From an uncultured Planctomycetota bacterium (GTDB lineage: Bacteria > Planctomycetota > Planctomycetia > Isosphaerales > Isosphaeraceae): DNA of 64,000 nt. Each line of letters opens with the position of its first letter. Position 1 is the stretch's first letter. The notes under the pieces were generated by a model. That model saw only the letters and a program-made list of their open reading frames with translations. It was not told the origin of the DNA and did not search any database. Where the stretch lies: NCBI GenBank assembly GCA_963845755.1, contig CAWJTV010000018.1, positions 1 through 64,000 of the forward strand, in the 5' to 3' direction. Positions 29,923 through 40,852 of this stretch are shown here, in pieces. The position numbers and the translations under genes are program-made.

Positions 29923-30642
29923 ATGCGCAAGCAAATCGCGATGGCAGTGGTTGTCCTCCTCAGTCTTTCGGTCCTTTCGACCGATCTGCGAGCCGACGAG
30001 GAGAAGATCGCCTTCGAGAAGTTACCGGCGGCGGTCAAGAAAACCATCAAACGTAAGTTCCCCAAGGCCGAGATCGAGGGAGCTTCCAAGGAGGTCGAGG
30101 ACGGCACCACGACCTACGAAGTCGAACTCGAAATCAAGGACCGCTCGGTCGATGTCGCACTGAAGGCCGACGGGACAATCCTGGAGATCGAGCGGGAGGT
30201 CCCGGTCAACGAGCTACCGAAGGCCGTGAAGAAGGCATTGGCAGCCAGGTATCCCAAGGCGAAGATTGAGAAGGTGGAAGAGATCGTCAAGGGCGAGCAT
30301 GGGCCGGTCCATTACGAGGTCGCCATCAAGGCTGAGGTCGTCTTTACCGCCAAGGGCAAAATCGTGAAGGGGCACGAGGACGAGGATGAGAAGTCGTCCA
30401 CCAAAGCCAGGAAGTCCAAGAAGGATGACGAGGACGAGGACGAGGATGACGAGGACCAGGATGAGGAGCACGAGGTGAAGGCCAAGAAAGGCGACAAGGA
30501 TAAGGGCAAGATCGTCAAGGAGAAGGAAGACGAGGATGAGAAGTCGTCCATCAAAGCCAGGAAGTCCAAGAAGGATGATAAAGATGACGAAGATGAGGAT
30601 GAGGAGCACGAGGTGAAGGCCAAGAAGGGCGACAAGGACTGA
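29923..30642 (+). CDS. Secreted PepSY-like (BLIP-like) repeat protein with a duplicated acidic/lysine-rich tail
   Basis: Two LPxAVKK..xFPKAxI repeats; ~150-bp tandem duplication at 30352-30640. Confidence 0.8.
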   Translation: MRKQIAMAVVVLLSLSVLSTDLRADEEKIAFEKLPAAVKKTIKRKFPKAEIEGASKEVEDGTTTYEVELEIKDRSVDVALKADGTILEIEREVPVNELPKAVKKALAARYPKAKIEKVEEIVKGEHGPVHYEVAIKAEVVFTAKGKIVKGHEDEDEKSSTKARKSKKDDEDEDEDDEDQDEEHEVKAKKGDKDKGKIVKEKEDEDEKSSIKARKSKKDDKDDEDEDEEHEVKAKKGDKD

Positions 30643-30724
30643 ACGCCGCGGAGAGGCGATCCAATGCCCGGAGGACGTGGTGCCTGCTTCCGTGGTCAAC
30701 AGCGATCCCCGGGCGAGTGGAATC

Positions 30725-31417
30725 ATGGGAATCCGCATCCTGATCGTCGAGGACGAGGTCGAGCTCGCCGACTTCATCGTGCGCGGTCTGCGCGAGGAGG
30801 GGTTCGCCGTCGAGCACGCGATCGATGGTGAGACGGCCTGGGACGCGTTGCGAGCCGGTGTGTGGGACCTGATCCTGCTCGACTGGCGGCTGCCCGGCGA
30901 GGATGGCCTGAGCGTGCTTCGCCGCTTTCGCGGGTCGGGCGGGGTGGCTCCCGTGTTGTTCCTCACGGCACGGGACGGGGTCTCCGACCGGGTCCGTGGA
31001 CTGGACGGCGGGGCGGACGACTACCTCTGCAAGCCGTTCTCGTTCGACGAGCTGCTGGCTCGGATCCGCGCCCTGCTCCGTCGTCGCGAGCGGCTTCCCG
31101 ACCTGGCGATCGCTCACGGTGACATCCGTATCGACCTCGCCACCCAGCGCGCGCAGCGGGCGGGACATTCGCTCGACCTGACGGCCAAGGAGCTGGCGCT
31201 GCTCACGTTCTTCGTGCGCCATCCGGGACAGGTGCTCTCGCGAACGCGGATCTACGACCACGTCTGGGACGAGAACTTCGACAGCCTGTCCAACACGCTG
31301 GAGGTCCACGTGATGGAGCTGCGCCGCAAGCTGGAGGCCCACGGACCTCGCGTCATCCAGACCGTGCGGGGGCGGGGGTATCTCTTCGAAGCCTCGACAC
31401 GCGCGGGGGAGTCATGA
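30725..31417 (+). CDS. OmpR/CusR-type response regulator
   Basis: ILIVEDE, LLDWRLP, FLTA, GADDYLCKPF and wHTH IQTVRGRGY motifs. Confidence 0.95.
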   Translation: MGIRILIVEDEVELADFIVRGLREEGFAVEHAIDGETAWDALRAGVWDLILLDWRLPGEDGLSVLRRFRGSGGVAPVLFLTARDGVSDRVRGLDGGADDYLCKPFSFDELLARIRALLRRRERLPDLAIAHGDIRIDLATQRAQRAGHSLDLTAKELALLTFFVRHPGQVLSRTRIYDHVWDENFDSLSNTLEVHVMELRRKLEAHGPRVIQTVRGRGYLFEASTRAGES

Positions 31418-32877
31418 GCCTGACCGGTCGCTTCTCGGCCTTGTTCCTGTCGATGCTCGCCCTGGTGCTCGTCGCTTTCTCGACGGCTCTGTACGTCTCG
31501 GCGCGCGTTTACCTCGATCGCCGGCTCGACGACCGTCTGAACGCGGCGCTGGCCATCCTGGCGGCGGCGGCCGAGATCCATTCCGACGGCGTGGAGTGGG
31601 AGCCGCAGGAGCGCGTCCTGCCCCTGGGCCAGGACTCGGACCCTGAGCGGCTGCGCTGGGTGGTCTTCGACGATCGAGGCCGTCGCGTCGATCATTCGCG
31701 AAATATCTCAGATGTAGATTTTACGAATATCCCGATATCTTATAATAACACCGGCCGGCTGGTCGATCGTCGAGGACGCGCCTGGCGCGTAGCACGGTGC
31801 CGCATCCAGCCCGAGGCAGCCAGCTCATCCGGCTCTCGAGCCGCGGCCGATCGCAAGGAGAAGCCCGACGCTCAAGCCTACGAAGCGCTCCATCGCTCCC
31901 TGATCCTGACCGCATGGGCCGCCCTGGACCCGACCGAGGCGACGCTTGCCGCTCTGGGCGGGTTCCTCGTCGCCCTGAGCGTGGGGACCTGGCTCGTTGC
32001 GGCCCTGCTCTGTCGGCGGCTCTCCCGGCGGGCGCTCACACCGCTGACGCGGATGGTCGCGTCGGCGCGGGGCCTCGACGCCGGCGACCCCGGCTGGTGC
32101 CTGGACGAGGCCGGGACTGGCGACGAGCTCGACGAGTTGGGGCGTGCGTTCAACGAACTCCTGTCCCGGCTGCACGTCGCCTATGAGCGGCAGCGGCGAT
32201 TTAGCGGCGACGCCTCGCATCAGTTGCGGACTCCGCTGACGGTCCTCATCGGACAGATCGAGGTCGCGCTGCGGCAAGAGCGATCGGGCGAGGAGTATCG
32301 ACGGATCCTCGCGTCCGCGCTGGGGCGTGCGGTCCAGCTCGGCCGGATCGTCGAGGCGTTGATGTTCCTGGCACGCGCCGAGGCGGACGCCCCGCTCCCG
32401 GAATGTGAGCCGATGGACCTGGATCGCTGGCTGGCCGAGCACCTGGCGAGTCGATCCGAAGCCGAGGTTATCCACCTCGACTTGCACGGCGACGGCGCCC
32501 GGGCTCGGGCGCATCCGGCGCTCCTGGGCCAGTTGCTCGACAACCTGCTGGACAACGCCCGAACGCACGGCGGGCCGGGGACACCGATCCGCGTCGAGAC
32601 GAGCCGGGAGGGCGATATGCTGGTCCTCGCCGTCGAGGATGCCGGCCCCGGCATCCCGACGGAGGACATCCCGCACATCTTCGAGCCATTCTATCGATCG
32701 GCGCAGGCGCGCCGCCGGGGCACGTCCGGCGTCGGCCTGGGCCTGGCCGTGGCCCGGCGCATCGCGGTCGCCTTCGGTGGGACACTCAACGTCCGGAGCC
32801 GGCCGGGGAAAGGCGGCTCGTTTCGAGGTCCGACTCGTCGCGATCCTGCCCCTCCTCGGATCGTCAGAGGACCGTGA
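31414..32877 (+). CDS. HAMP sensor histidine kinase (CusS/CzcS-like)
   Basis: Two TMs, HAMP, DASHQLRTPL, NLLDNA, DAGPGI and GVGLGL motifs. Confidence 0.93.
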   Translation: MSLTGRFSALFLSMLALVLVAFSTALYVSARVYLDRRLDDRLNAALAILAAAAEIHSDGVEWEPQERVLPLGQDSDPERLRWVVFDDRGRRVDHSRNISDVDFTNIPISYNNTGRLVDRRGRAWRVARCRIQPEAASSSGSRAAADRKEKPDAQAYEALHRSLILTAWAALDPTEATLAALGGFLVALSVGTWLVAALLCRRLSRRALTPLTRMVASARGLDAGDPGWCLDEAGTGDELDELGRAFNELLSRLHVAYERQRRFSGDASHQLRTPLTVLIGQIEVALRQERSGEEYRRILASALGRAVQLGRIVEALMFLARAEADAPLPECEPMDLDRWLAEHLASRSEAEVIHLDLHGDGARARAHPALLGQLLDNLLDNARTHGGPGTPIRVETSREGDMLVLAVEDAGPGIPTEDIPHIFEPFYRSAQARRRGTSGVGLGLAVARRIAVAFGGTLNVRSRPGKGGSFRGPTRRDPAPPRIVRGP

Positions 32878-32964
32878 TGGGAATGCTCTGCTCCTGGGTC
32901 GGACTCAAGGTAGTCCATAACGTCGAGCGGGCGGATCCTCGCAGGCTTCGACAGCGCCGCGGAT

Positions 32965-33654
32965 TCAGCTCGGCGGAGTGGTCGGATCTTCGGCTGGGGC
33001 CGGTGCCACGGTCTTCTCCCTCGCCGCTTTCGCAGAATCCTTCCTGGCGCGATCGCCGGGGGCGGGCGTGTCCTCGTTTTTCTCCGTGTCCGGCTTCCGC
33101 GGCTCGTTCGCGGGGATGACCCGGAACTTCACGGTCTGGCGGATGGGGGCACCCTGGGCGATCTCGTCGCGGAGGGTGATCACGAAATCGTACTCACCCG
33201 GTTCGAGCCCTTTGAGGGAGACCGTGTTCCGCAGGTAAATCAGCTCCGGGGGCCTATCCATCTTGGGCGTGGTGTAATCCAGCACCTTGAGCTTCTGCCG
33301 TACGAACTTCTTGGCTCCCCGTTTCCGGATCTCTCCGTCCTGGCTGAGATGCGCCTGGTACTGTCCCTTGTTGAGACTGGAGCGATAGTTGAGGGGACGA
33401 TAGTAGATCAGGAGCTTCTCGTCGGCGGTCATGGCCGCGCCCGGCAACGGCTCGTAGTCTTCATAGCCCTCGATGGAGCGGCAGACGACGCCCTCCGTCA
33501 TGCGGAAGATCCGGCGAGCCAGCGACTTCCGGCTGTCCGGCGTTTGACTCGACTGGCCATTGGCAAAGGAGGATGAGCCCGTGGGAAGACCCAGGGGAAT
33601 CACGAGACCGAACCACGCACCCAACGCGATGGCCAGTGCCTTACTCGTGAGCAT
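32965..33654 (-). CDS. Secreted hypothetical protein
   Basis: Hydrophobic leader followed by an Ig-like segment (LEPGEYDFVITLRD). Confidence 0.65.
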   Translation of the reverse strand: MLTSKALAIALGAWFGLVIPLGLPTGSSSFANGQSSQTPDSRKSLARRIFRMTEGVVCRSIEGYEDYEPLPGAAMTADEKLLIYYRPLNYRSSLNKGQYQAHLSQDGEIRKRGAKKFVRQKLKVLDYTTPKMDRPPELIYLRNTVSLKGLEPGEYDFVITLRDEIAQGAPIRQTVKFRVIPANEPRKPDTEKNEDTPAPGDRARKDSAKAAREKTVAPAPAEDPTTPPS

Positions 33655-34070
33655 TAGCGGATACCCGGGAAGATGCCCTGTGCAATCTGGCCGTCCCGAC
33701 CGTGTCGATTCGCCGAGAACATTACGCGCAGATTCAGCGGACCGTCGCCGAATCCGCAAGCGGCGCCTCGCCGGGGATCCGGACCATCGGGACGACTGGG
33801 TGAGCCGCCAGCTTCGGTAGATCCCGCGGGCGCGGAGGAAACGGGCTCTGCACGCAAGTCCTTCGAGGCGACCCAGAAGGGGATGAGGGTCGGAGTGTTC
33901 GCAGGAGATGGTGGGGGAGTTCCGCCCGGGAGGGGGAGCTTGAGCGGAGGGAGGCAAATCGGCCGGACTTCGCCTGCGAGCCGGGCCGATGAACAAGACG
34001 GCGACCTCAAGGAACGGCCGCCGTCTTGCGCAGGGATGCAATTATGTTAATGAGTTCGAAGGACCGGACT

Positions 34071-34922
34071 TCAGGGGCTCGCTCGCCGGGAACGGCGGAG
34101 TCGCAGGGCGGCCCCACCTGCCAGCGCAGCCCAGACCATCCATGTGGTCGGCTCGGGGAGTTGCTGCTCACCGATCGCGGGGACCTTGATCCAACCGCTA
34201 CTGACTTCACCCGAGATGACATCCTGGCCCGAGCCGGCATAGACCTGGATGTAAAACCCGTTGGCCGGGTTCAGTCCGGGGATCTGGCTGAAATTCTTGA
34301 TCGTGAACTCCACGTCGGGATGGGCCGCCGAGGGGTTGAAGGCCAGGGTGCCCGTGTACTGGGCGAGCTGCTGGCCGAAGCTGTACTGGGGGAGCCCCGG
34401 CGTGTTGGTGTCGCTCGAAACGGTGAAGCCGTCGGTACCGCTGCCCACCTTGGTCTTATCCGCGGGGATTCCCGCGATGACGGCGGGCGTGCCGGGTACC
34501 TGTTGACCGGCGATACTGACGGTCGGGGCGAACTGGATGGCGATCGCCTTGTCCCCGGTCATGTTGGGGTTGTTATCCAGACTCGGATTCAGGTTGCCGC
34601 TGGAGTCGCCGAAGATGGCCTCCTGGCCGGCGACGTTCTGGTATCCCTGGACTCCCACGTACATCGTGTTGCTCGCGGCGTCATAGCTGGTCCGGATGTC
34701 CTGGATCATGAAGCCACTGGCCAACTGGCTCGCGGTATTGCCGGTGGGGCCGTCGATCACGCCGGGACCTTCGTTGATCGGGGTGATCTGGACGCCGCTA
34801 TTGGTGCCGGCGAAATCCGTAGCGACATTGCCGGTGAACGTGATGGGGCCGGCCAGGGCCGGACGATTTCCGGCGACCACCAGGCACGCCAGGACCCAAA
34901 CGATGCCACGAACACGAACCAT
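34071..34922 (-). CDS. PEP-CTERM sorting-domain protein
   Basis: Signal peptide; C-terminal LPEPTTWMVWAALAGGAALRLRRSRR. Confidence 0.88.
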   Translation of the reverse strand: MVRVRGIVWVLACLVVAGNRPALAGPITFTGNVATDFAGTNSGVQITPINEGPGVIDGPTGNTASQLASGFMIQDIRTSYDAASNTMYVGVQGYQNVAGQEAIFGDSSGNLNPSLDNNPNMTGDKAIAIQFAPTVSIAGQQVPGTPAVIAGIPADKTKVGSGTDGFTVSSDTNTPGLPQYSFGQQLAQYTGTLAFNPSAAHPDVEFTIKNFSQIPGLNPANGFYIQVYAGSGQDVISGEVSSGWIKVPAIGEQQLPEPTTWMVWAALAGGAALRLRRSRRASP

Positions 34923-35195
34923 GACGAGTCTCCTTCCACGTTATGGTTGTTCTCGTCCCAATCCCGTTGTGACACGTCGGCCGTGCCGGTCGTGATGGTT
35001 GGGGACAAGCTGGTTCTCGATTAACGCTCAGGCAAGCGGGGGACTTCGCTTGCGCCTCTACGTTGTGATCCGGACCGCGGATTGAGTCGCACCTCCGGAT
35101 CGCCTCGAACCAGGATGGCTCGTCCATCGGTTCGAGCGATTCATCCCGTGGGATCCCCTTCCGTGGGGAAGGGTCGCGAAAGAAAGGATGGCGCG

Positions 35196-36737
35196 ATGTC
35201 TCTGTTCACCAAGCTGCTCCAGGCCGTTCAGACGTGGCGCCGCCGTCGCGGACCGAAGACCGCAAAGCGCGCAGGCGTCTCGCTCGAACAACTGGATCAT
35301 CGGCAACTCCTGAGCGTCAACTTTACCGGAAACGTCCCAGTCGATTTTCCCGCTACACAGAACCCAGGCGTCGTGGTCATACCGGTGCCCCAAAGCGTGC
35401 AACCACAGATTCCAACTGTCCTCCAGCCCTTCATTCCGGTCTCGGGGTTCTCGGTTTCGGACATCCGGGTCTCGTACGACGCCGCGGACGACACACTCTC
35501 CGTAGGCCTCAGTGGCCCCCCCAGCGGAAATGCCGGTCAGGGCGAGGTCATCGCTGGTGATGCGGACGATAACGGGAATCCAGGGACAGTCAATCCCAGT
35601 GTGACGGGAGTTAGTCCCGGGTTCATCGATTTCCCGGACTTCACCGGATCGGAGTATATGGGGGCCATCCTGGGCTTTACGGCGCCCAACACTCCCCAGA
35701 TCGTCGCGGGCTTCTCCGAGGTGAGTCCCATCCCGTCGACGCCCTCAAACCCGATCCCGGCCAAGCCTTACGAAGTGGCCGTCGCGAATCCGTCGAACCT
35801 CCCGATGTTCGGTACGGAGCTCCCTCAATTCGTGGGGGGCTACTTCCTGCCGACCTCGCCGACCGCCCCGAATATGGAATTCACGATTACCCATTTCTCC
35901 CAGCTTTACCAGCAGGAGACGGGGAAACCCTTGACTTCCAGCAGCGTGATTTATGTCGGTACCCAGGCGGGCTCGAGCAATGACGGCGGGATCAACGAGT
36001 TGAGCTTCCCCCCCAGTTCGTCGTTCACGATCGGTGCCGCCACGCTCCCCGGGACCTGCCCGCCGCAATCGCCGACGATCTACGTCAATCCGCACGAGCA
36101 TCGAATCGTCGACACACTCCATCGCGATTTGATCCGAGTCACCATCGAGGGGACGTCCGGGTTCAACGTCAAGGACATCAACCCCTCGACGGTGACCCTG
36201 GACGGCGTCCACGCCATCGCTCACGTCACCCGGAAGGTCCGGCGGGACGAGTTCCCGATTGCGACCTACGTCTTCGTGGCCGACCAGTTGCACCTGCCTC
36301 CGGGCCTGAACAATGTCACACTCTCGGGCACGCTCGAAAACGGCCTGACCACGTTCTCATCCTCCCGGGCGGTCCTGAACATCCCCGACGCGGGGCGGGT
36401 CTCCGGCCCCTTGCATCGCTACATGGGGGGCGGGTCGATCTATCGGGCCCTGTCCAAGATCGAGGCGAAGCATCCGGGGACGGTGGCCATCCCTTCGTCC
36501 AACGCCACGGCGGTGAGCGTCTCGAACAACCCCGCGCCGCACGGCCTGGCCAAACTCAAGGTGAGCTACGCGCCGGTGGTGTCCACAGCCACGAACGCCG
36601 GGACCAAGGCAGCACGAACCGAGAAGGCCCGACAGGTGGTCTCGATCCCCAAACGCTCCGAGGCTGGCTCCGAGGCATCCTCCAAGCTCCCCACGAAGCT
36701 GCGACACAGCATGAGCGATTTCTTGCATCACACCTGA
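35196..36737 (+). CDS. Planctomycete extracellular protein with an LEPR-XLL-like N-terminus; paralogue of the adjacent PEP-CTERM protein
   Basis: RRRRGPK...LEQLDHRQLLS; shares FTGNV..DF, SGF...DIR.SYDAA and EFTI..FSQ motifs. Confidence 0.82.
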   Translation: MSLFTKLLQAVQTWRRRRGPKTAKRAGVSLEQLDHRQLLSVNFTGNVPVDFPATQNPGVVVIPVPQSVQPQIPTVLQPFIPVSGFSVSDIRVSYDAADDTLSVGLSGPPSGNAGQGEVIAGDADDNGNPGTVNPSVTGVSPGFIDFPDFTGSEYMGAILGFTAPNTPQIVAGFSEVSPIPSTPSNPIPAKPYEVAVANPSNLPMFGTELPQFVGGYFLPTSPTAPNMEFTITHFSQLYQQETGKPLTSSSVIYVGTQAGSSNDGGINELSFPPSSSFTIGAATLPGTCPPQSPTIYVNPHEHRIVDTLHRDLIRVTIEGTSGFNVKDINPSTVTLDGVHAIAHVTRKVRRDEFPIATYVFVADQLHLPPGLNNVTLSGTLENGLTTFSSSRAVLNIPDAGRVSGPLHRYMGGGSIYRALSKIEAKHPGTVAIPSSNATAVSVSNNPAPHGLAKLKVSYAPVVSTATNAGTKAARTEKARQVVSIPKRSEAGSEASSKLPTKLRHSMSDFLHHT

Positions 36738-36939
36738 TCGGTTGACTCGGCCTCGCGAGCCAGTCGGTCAAGGTCGGGGCGCGCCGTAGCCCGATGGCGG
36801 CGCGCCCGACCGGACCTGGCTTGACCGGTTCGGGGCCGACCGGTTCTCATCATCCGTGTTCGCGCCGGGTCTCGCCCGGCCCACGGACGTTCCGGCAGCG
36901 ATCCACATCACGAGGTGCGACCGGTGGAGAGATGAGACC

Positions 36940-37203
36940 ATGGCGGACTACTCGCCGTACCAGCAGAAGATCATCAAGCGCTATTATCGGAACTACGACG
37001 CGATCAAGCTCCAGAGGCTCTCCGAGCTGACAACCGAGCTCTACCTCGCCGAGGGGAAAAAGCGCGATCGCCTCTGGAATCAGGTCGAGGAGAGTCTCCG
37101 GAAGCTCGAATTCCCCGAGTCGCGGATCGGGCATCTGCTCGAGAAGCGAGACCCCGCGCTCCTCGTGGGAATCCTGAAGGAGCTGGAGGGTCCAGGGAAA
37201 TAG
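36940..37203 (+). CDS. Small conserved hypothetical protein
   Basis: MADYSPYQQKIIKRYY...ELYLAEGKKRDRLW; protein-like composition and an upstream RBS. Confidence 0.75.
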   Translation: MADYSPYQQKIIKRYYRNYDAIKLQRLSELTTELYLAEGKKRDRLWNQVEESLRKLEFPESRIGHLLEKRDPALLVGILKELEGPGK

Positions 37204-37377
37204 AGCGCGTCACGAATGGATGGAGATCGCCGGACGGAGCCGGCTCCTACAAGGAGACGTCGGGCCGGCCGATGGAGGAGGGACCCTGTCGCCCGACCGT
37301 CGGACTTGCTAACTTTGATACGCATCCCACGCCGAACCTGCGGCTGACGTCCCGGGATCGATCCGAGGGCCCCTGTC

Positions 37378-40300
37378 ATGGAGCCGGACAAAAGCGACGC
37401 GAACTTGCTGTTCGGCATCCTGGCGATGAAGTTGCACTTCATTCGCCCGGACGATTTGCTCGAGGCGATGGGGATCTGGTTCCTCGACCGGCAGAAGACC
37501 CTCGGTGAGATTCTGACCGAACGGCAGGCGATCTCCGCGAAGGATCGCGATCTCCTCGAAGCGATGGTCCGCGAGAGCCAGGGTCGCCAGGACCCGCTCG
37601 CCAAGTCGAACGGGCAAGACCGTCCCAAGACCCCGGCGAATCCGCTCGAACGGAACGGGGCGAATGGGGCGATCGAGCGCGACGAGGCTCAGCTCACGAC
37701 CGAGGTCGGTCCGTCGAGCGCCGGCGAATTAACGGTGGACTGGTCGGATCGCCAGAGAGGGAGCGAGGACGAGCGCTATGTCGTCGTTCGTCCTCACGCC
37801 AAGGGGGGAATCGGCAAGGTCTCGGTCGCCCTCGATGTGCAGTTGAACCGCGAGGTCGCCCTGAAAGAGCTGCTGGAGGAGCATCTCGAGAAACGAGACA
37901 GCCGGTCGAGATTCCTCGTGGAAGCCGAGGTGACGGCGCAACTGGAGCATCCCGGAATCGTTCCTGTCTACGGGATCGGCCTGAACGCCCAAGGTGAACC
38001 GTTCTACGTGATGCGATTCATCAAGGGCGAGAGTTTCAAAGAGGCGGTCCAGCAGTTTCACAAGGGCCGCGGCCCTCGTTCGGGCCGGTCCTCGTTGCGA
38101 TTCCAGCAGTTGCTCCGGAGTTTCGTTCGACGTCTGCTATACGATCGAATATGCTCACAGCCGCGGGGTGATCCATCGTGATCTCAAGCCTTCGAACGTG
38201 ATCCTTGGCAAGTATGGCGAAACCCTGGTCGTCGACTGGGGCCTGGCCAAGTGCGTCGGCAAGCACGAGAAGCGGGTCGTGCAGGACGAGGCGACGATCC
38301 GGCCGTCGTCGCACAGCGGTTCGACCGACACGATCGCCGGGTTCGCCGTCGGGACTCCGGCGTTCATGAGTCCGGAGCAGGCGGAAGGCGAGACGAGCCA
38401 CATCGGGTTCGCCAGCGATGTCTACGGTCTGGGGGGGACCCTGTACTACCTGTTGACCGGACAGAATCCGATCACGGACCGAGAGGTCACGACGATCCTC
38501 CGTCACGTACGGCGCGGCGAGTTCCTCCGCCCGCGCGAGGTCAAGCCGGAAATCCCGCTCCCCCTGGAAGCGATCTGCTTGAAAGCCATGGCGTATCGTC
38601 CCGAGGATCGCTTCGCCTCGCCCCAGGTCCTGGCGCACGACCTGGAGCTCTGGCTGGCCGACGAGCCGGTGTCGGCCTGGCCGGAGCCTCCGTGGCTGAA
38701 GCTGCGACGCTGGGTAAACCGAAACCGGACGCTGGTCAGCTCGACCGCGGCGGCATTGCTGGTCGCCCTGGTGACCGGAGCCTATCTGGCCCACGAGTTC
38801 AACCTGAGTAAAGCCCGCCGACAGATTGAGGCCAATGCCCGGGTGAACGCCCTCTCGACGGCCGAGGTCCGGTCTGTGCCGCAGATCGTCGAACAGCTCG
38901 GTGTCGATCGTTCACTCGTCCGGGAGCGGCTGAATTCGCTGTTGAGCGATCGGTCGAGATCCGCCAGTCGGATCGGAGCCGCGCTGGCACTCCTGCCTGA
39001 CGACCCATCGCAAGCACAATTCCTGGTCGACCACCTTATGAAGACGGAGGCGACTCCCGAGGAGCTGCTCGTCATTCGCGACGGCCTGAGGCGTAACAAC
39101 GCCCTGGAGCGGTTCATCGACCCGCTCATGGCCAGTCTCCCCTCGCCTCCAGGGGCACTCAGCAACACTGCACTCCGGGCTCTCGGTGTAGTGGCGCTGG
39201 CCCGACCCGACTGGAGCCGTTGGCCGGAGTTCGCCGACCGGCTCGCCACGAAGCTGGTGCAGGTCAATCCGTTCGAGATCGCAGCCTGGCAGGAGGTCTT
39301 TCGGCCGGTGAGCCTCGAGCTGAATCCACCGTTGCGCCGGATCTATTCGGACCGCTCCCAGGTTGAGCCGCGGGCCCTGGCCTTCTCGCTCCTCCTCGAA
39401 TTCGCGTCTCAATCGGACAATCGCGAGCGTCCCGAGGCGCTGGCCGGATTGTTGCCCGACGCCGACCCGGACCAGTTCCGGTCGATCCTTGACCGCCTGT
39501 CCTCGCCGGCCGATCGCGATCGGGCCCTCGCCGTGATCCTGCCGGCAATCCAGGCGCCGGCGCAGCGCGACCTCGCGCTGGAGGAGCGCCAGGCTCGGCT
39601 GGCGCCGGCCTTGCTCGAGTTCGCGCGGCCGGAATTGGTCTGGCCCATGCTCATGCACCGCGACGACCCGAGTCTGAGTACGGAGTTGATCCACATCCTG
39701 GCCGATTACGAGGTCGATCCGAAAGTCCTGATCGAGCGCCTCAAAGTGGAAACGGATCGTAGCGTACGCCGGGCGCTGATCCTCGTCCTCGGCGGTTTCG
39801 CACCGGATCGCGTCCCGCCACCGCTGCGCGCCGATCTGAAGGTCTTGCTGTTGTCCTGGTACAGCTCGGACCCCGATCCCGGCATCCATGGCGCGGTCAA
39901 CTGGGTCTTGCGGCAGGGGTGGAAAGCCGGCGGCGATTTGAACGCCATCGACCGAGGGATGTCCGGGCCGGAGATCCCGTCCGACCGAAACTGGTTCGTC
40001 AACTCCTCGGGTCGAACCTTCACGATCGTTCGTGGACCGGTCTCTTTCCGGATGGGGACGGTGCCCGGTTCGGACCCGTTCGCCGGCGGTGACGAAACGC
40101 CTCGGGACCGGACGATCACGCGGTCATTCGCGATCGCCAACCGGGAGGTCACGTTGTCGGAATTCCGGCCGTTCCTTAAGGACAATCCCGACATCCTTCC
40201 CGTTTTCAACAGGGCGGGAGTCCGGATGAGAATCCCTTCGGACGACTGCGCCGTCGGCGCGCTGACCTGGTATGACGCGGCCCGTTATTGCAACTGGCTG

Positions 40301-40819
40301 AGCGCTCGAGAGAAGATCCCGGAGGACCAGTGGTGCTATCCCAAGTCGATCGCAGGGGGGATGACCCTGCCCGCGAACGTGGTCGAACGTACGGGTTATC
40401 GCCTCCCGACGGAGGCCGAGTGGGAGTACGCTTGCCGATCGGGGGCGACGACGCCCTGGCCTCAAGGTCTGTCGGAGCCGAGGCTGGCCGACTACGCCTG
40501 GATCCTGCGCGACTCCGGCCGGGTCACGCACCCGCCGGGAATGAAGCGCCCCAATGAAATGGGGCTGTTCGACATGCTCGGGAACGCGTCGGAATGGTGT
40601 ACGGGCACTTTGGATCCGAACTGGGACCCCAACGAGCCGGGGCCGAGGGAAGATACGATTCGGCTCCTGACGATCCAGGACGACCAGGGCGTCGATTCCC
40701 GTGGCGGTTCCTTCCTGGATCCGTCGGCCGATGTCCGCTCCGCCAATCGGAACATCCGTCGGCCGAATGAGCGGCTTCCCTTTTTCGGAATGCGACTGGC
40801 CCGGACCTTGCCCAGGTGA
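37378..40819 (+). CDS. Ser/Thr kinase with a TM segment and a C-terminal FGE-sulfatase (SUMF1) domain (frameshift ~38130)
   Basis: AKGGIG, VALKE, IHRDLKPSN, DWGLA and GTPAFMSPE; FRMG, EVT, YRLPTEAEWEYACR, GLFDMLGNASEW and GMRLART. Confidence 0.92.
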
Positions 40820-40852
40820 GCGAGGGACCTTCTGCTGTGGAGGGGCCGGACA

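Noticed and set aside
37378..40819. Diversity-generating retroelement target (FGE-sulfatase/CLec fold)
   Set aside because: No template-repeat copy of the 3' end and no RT in the window.
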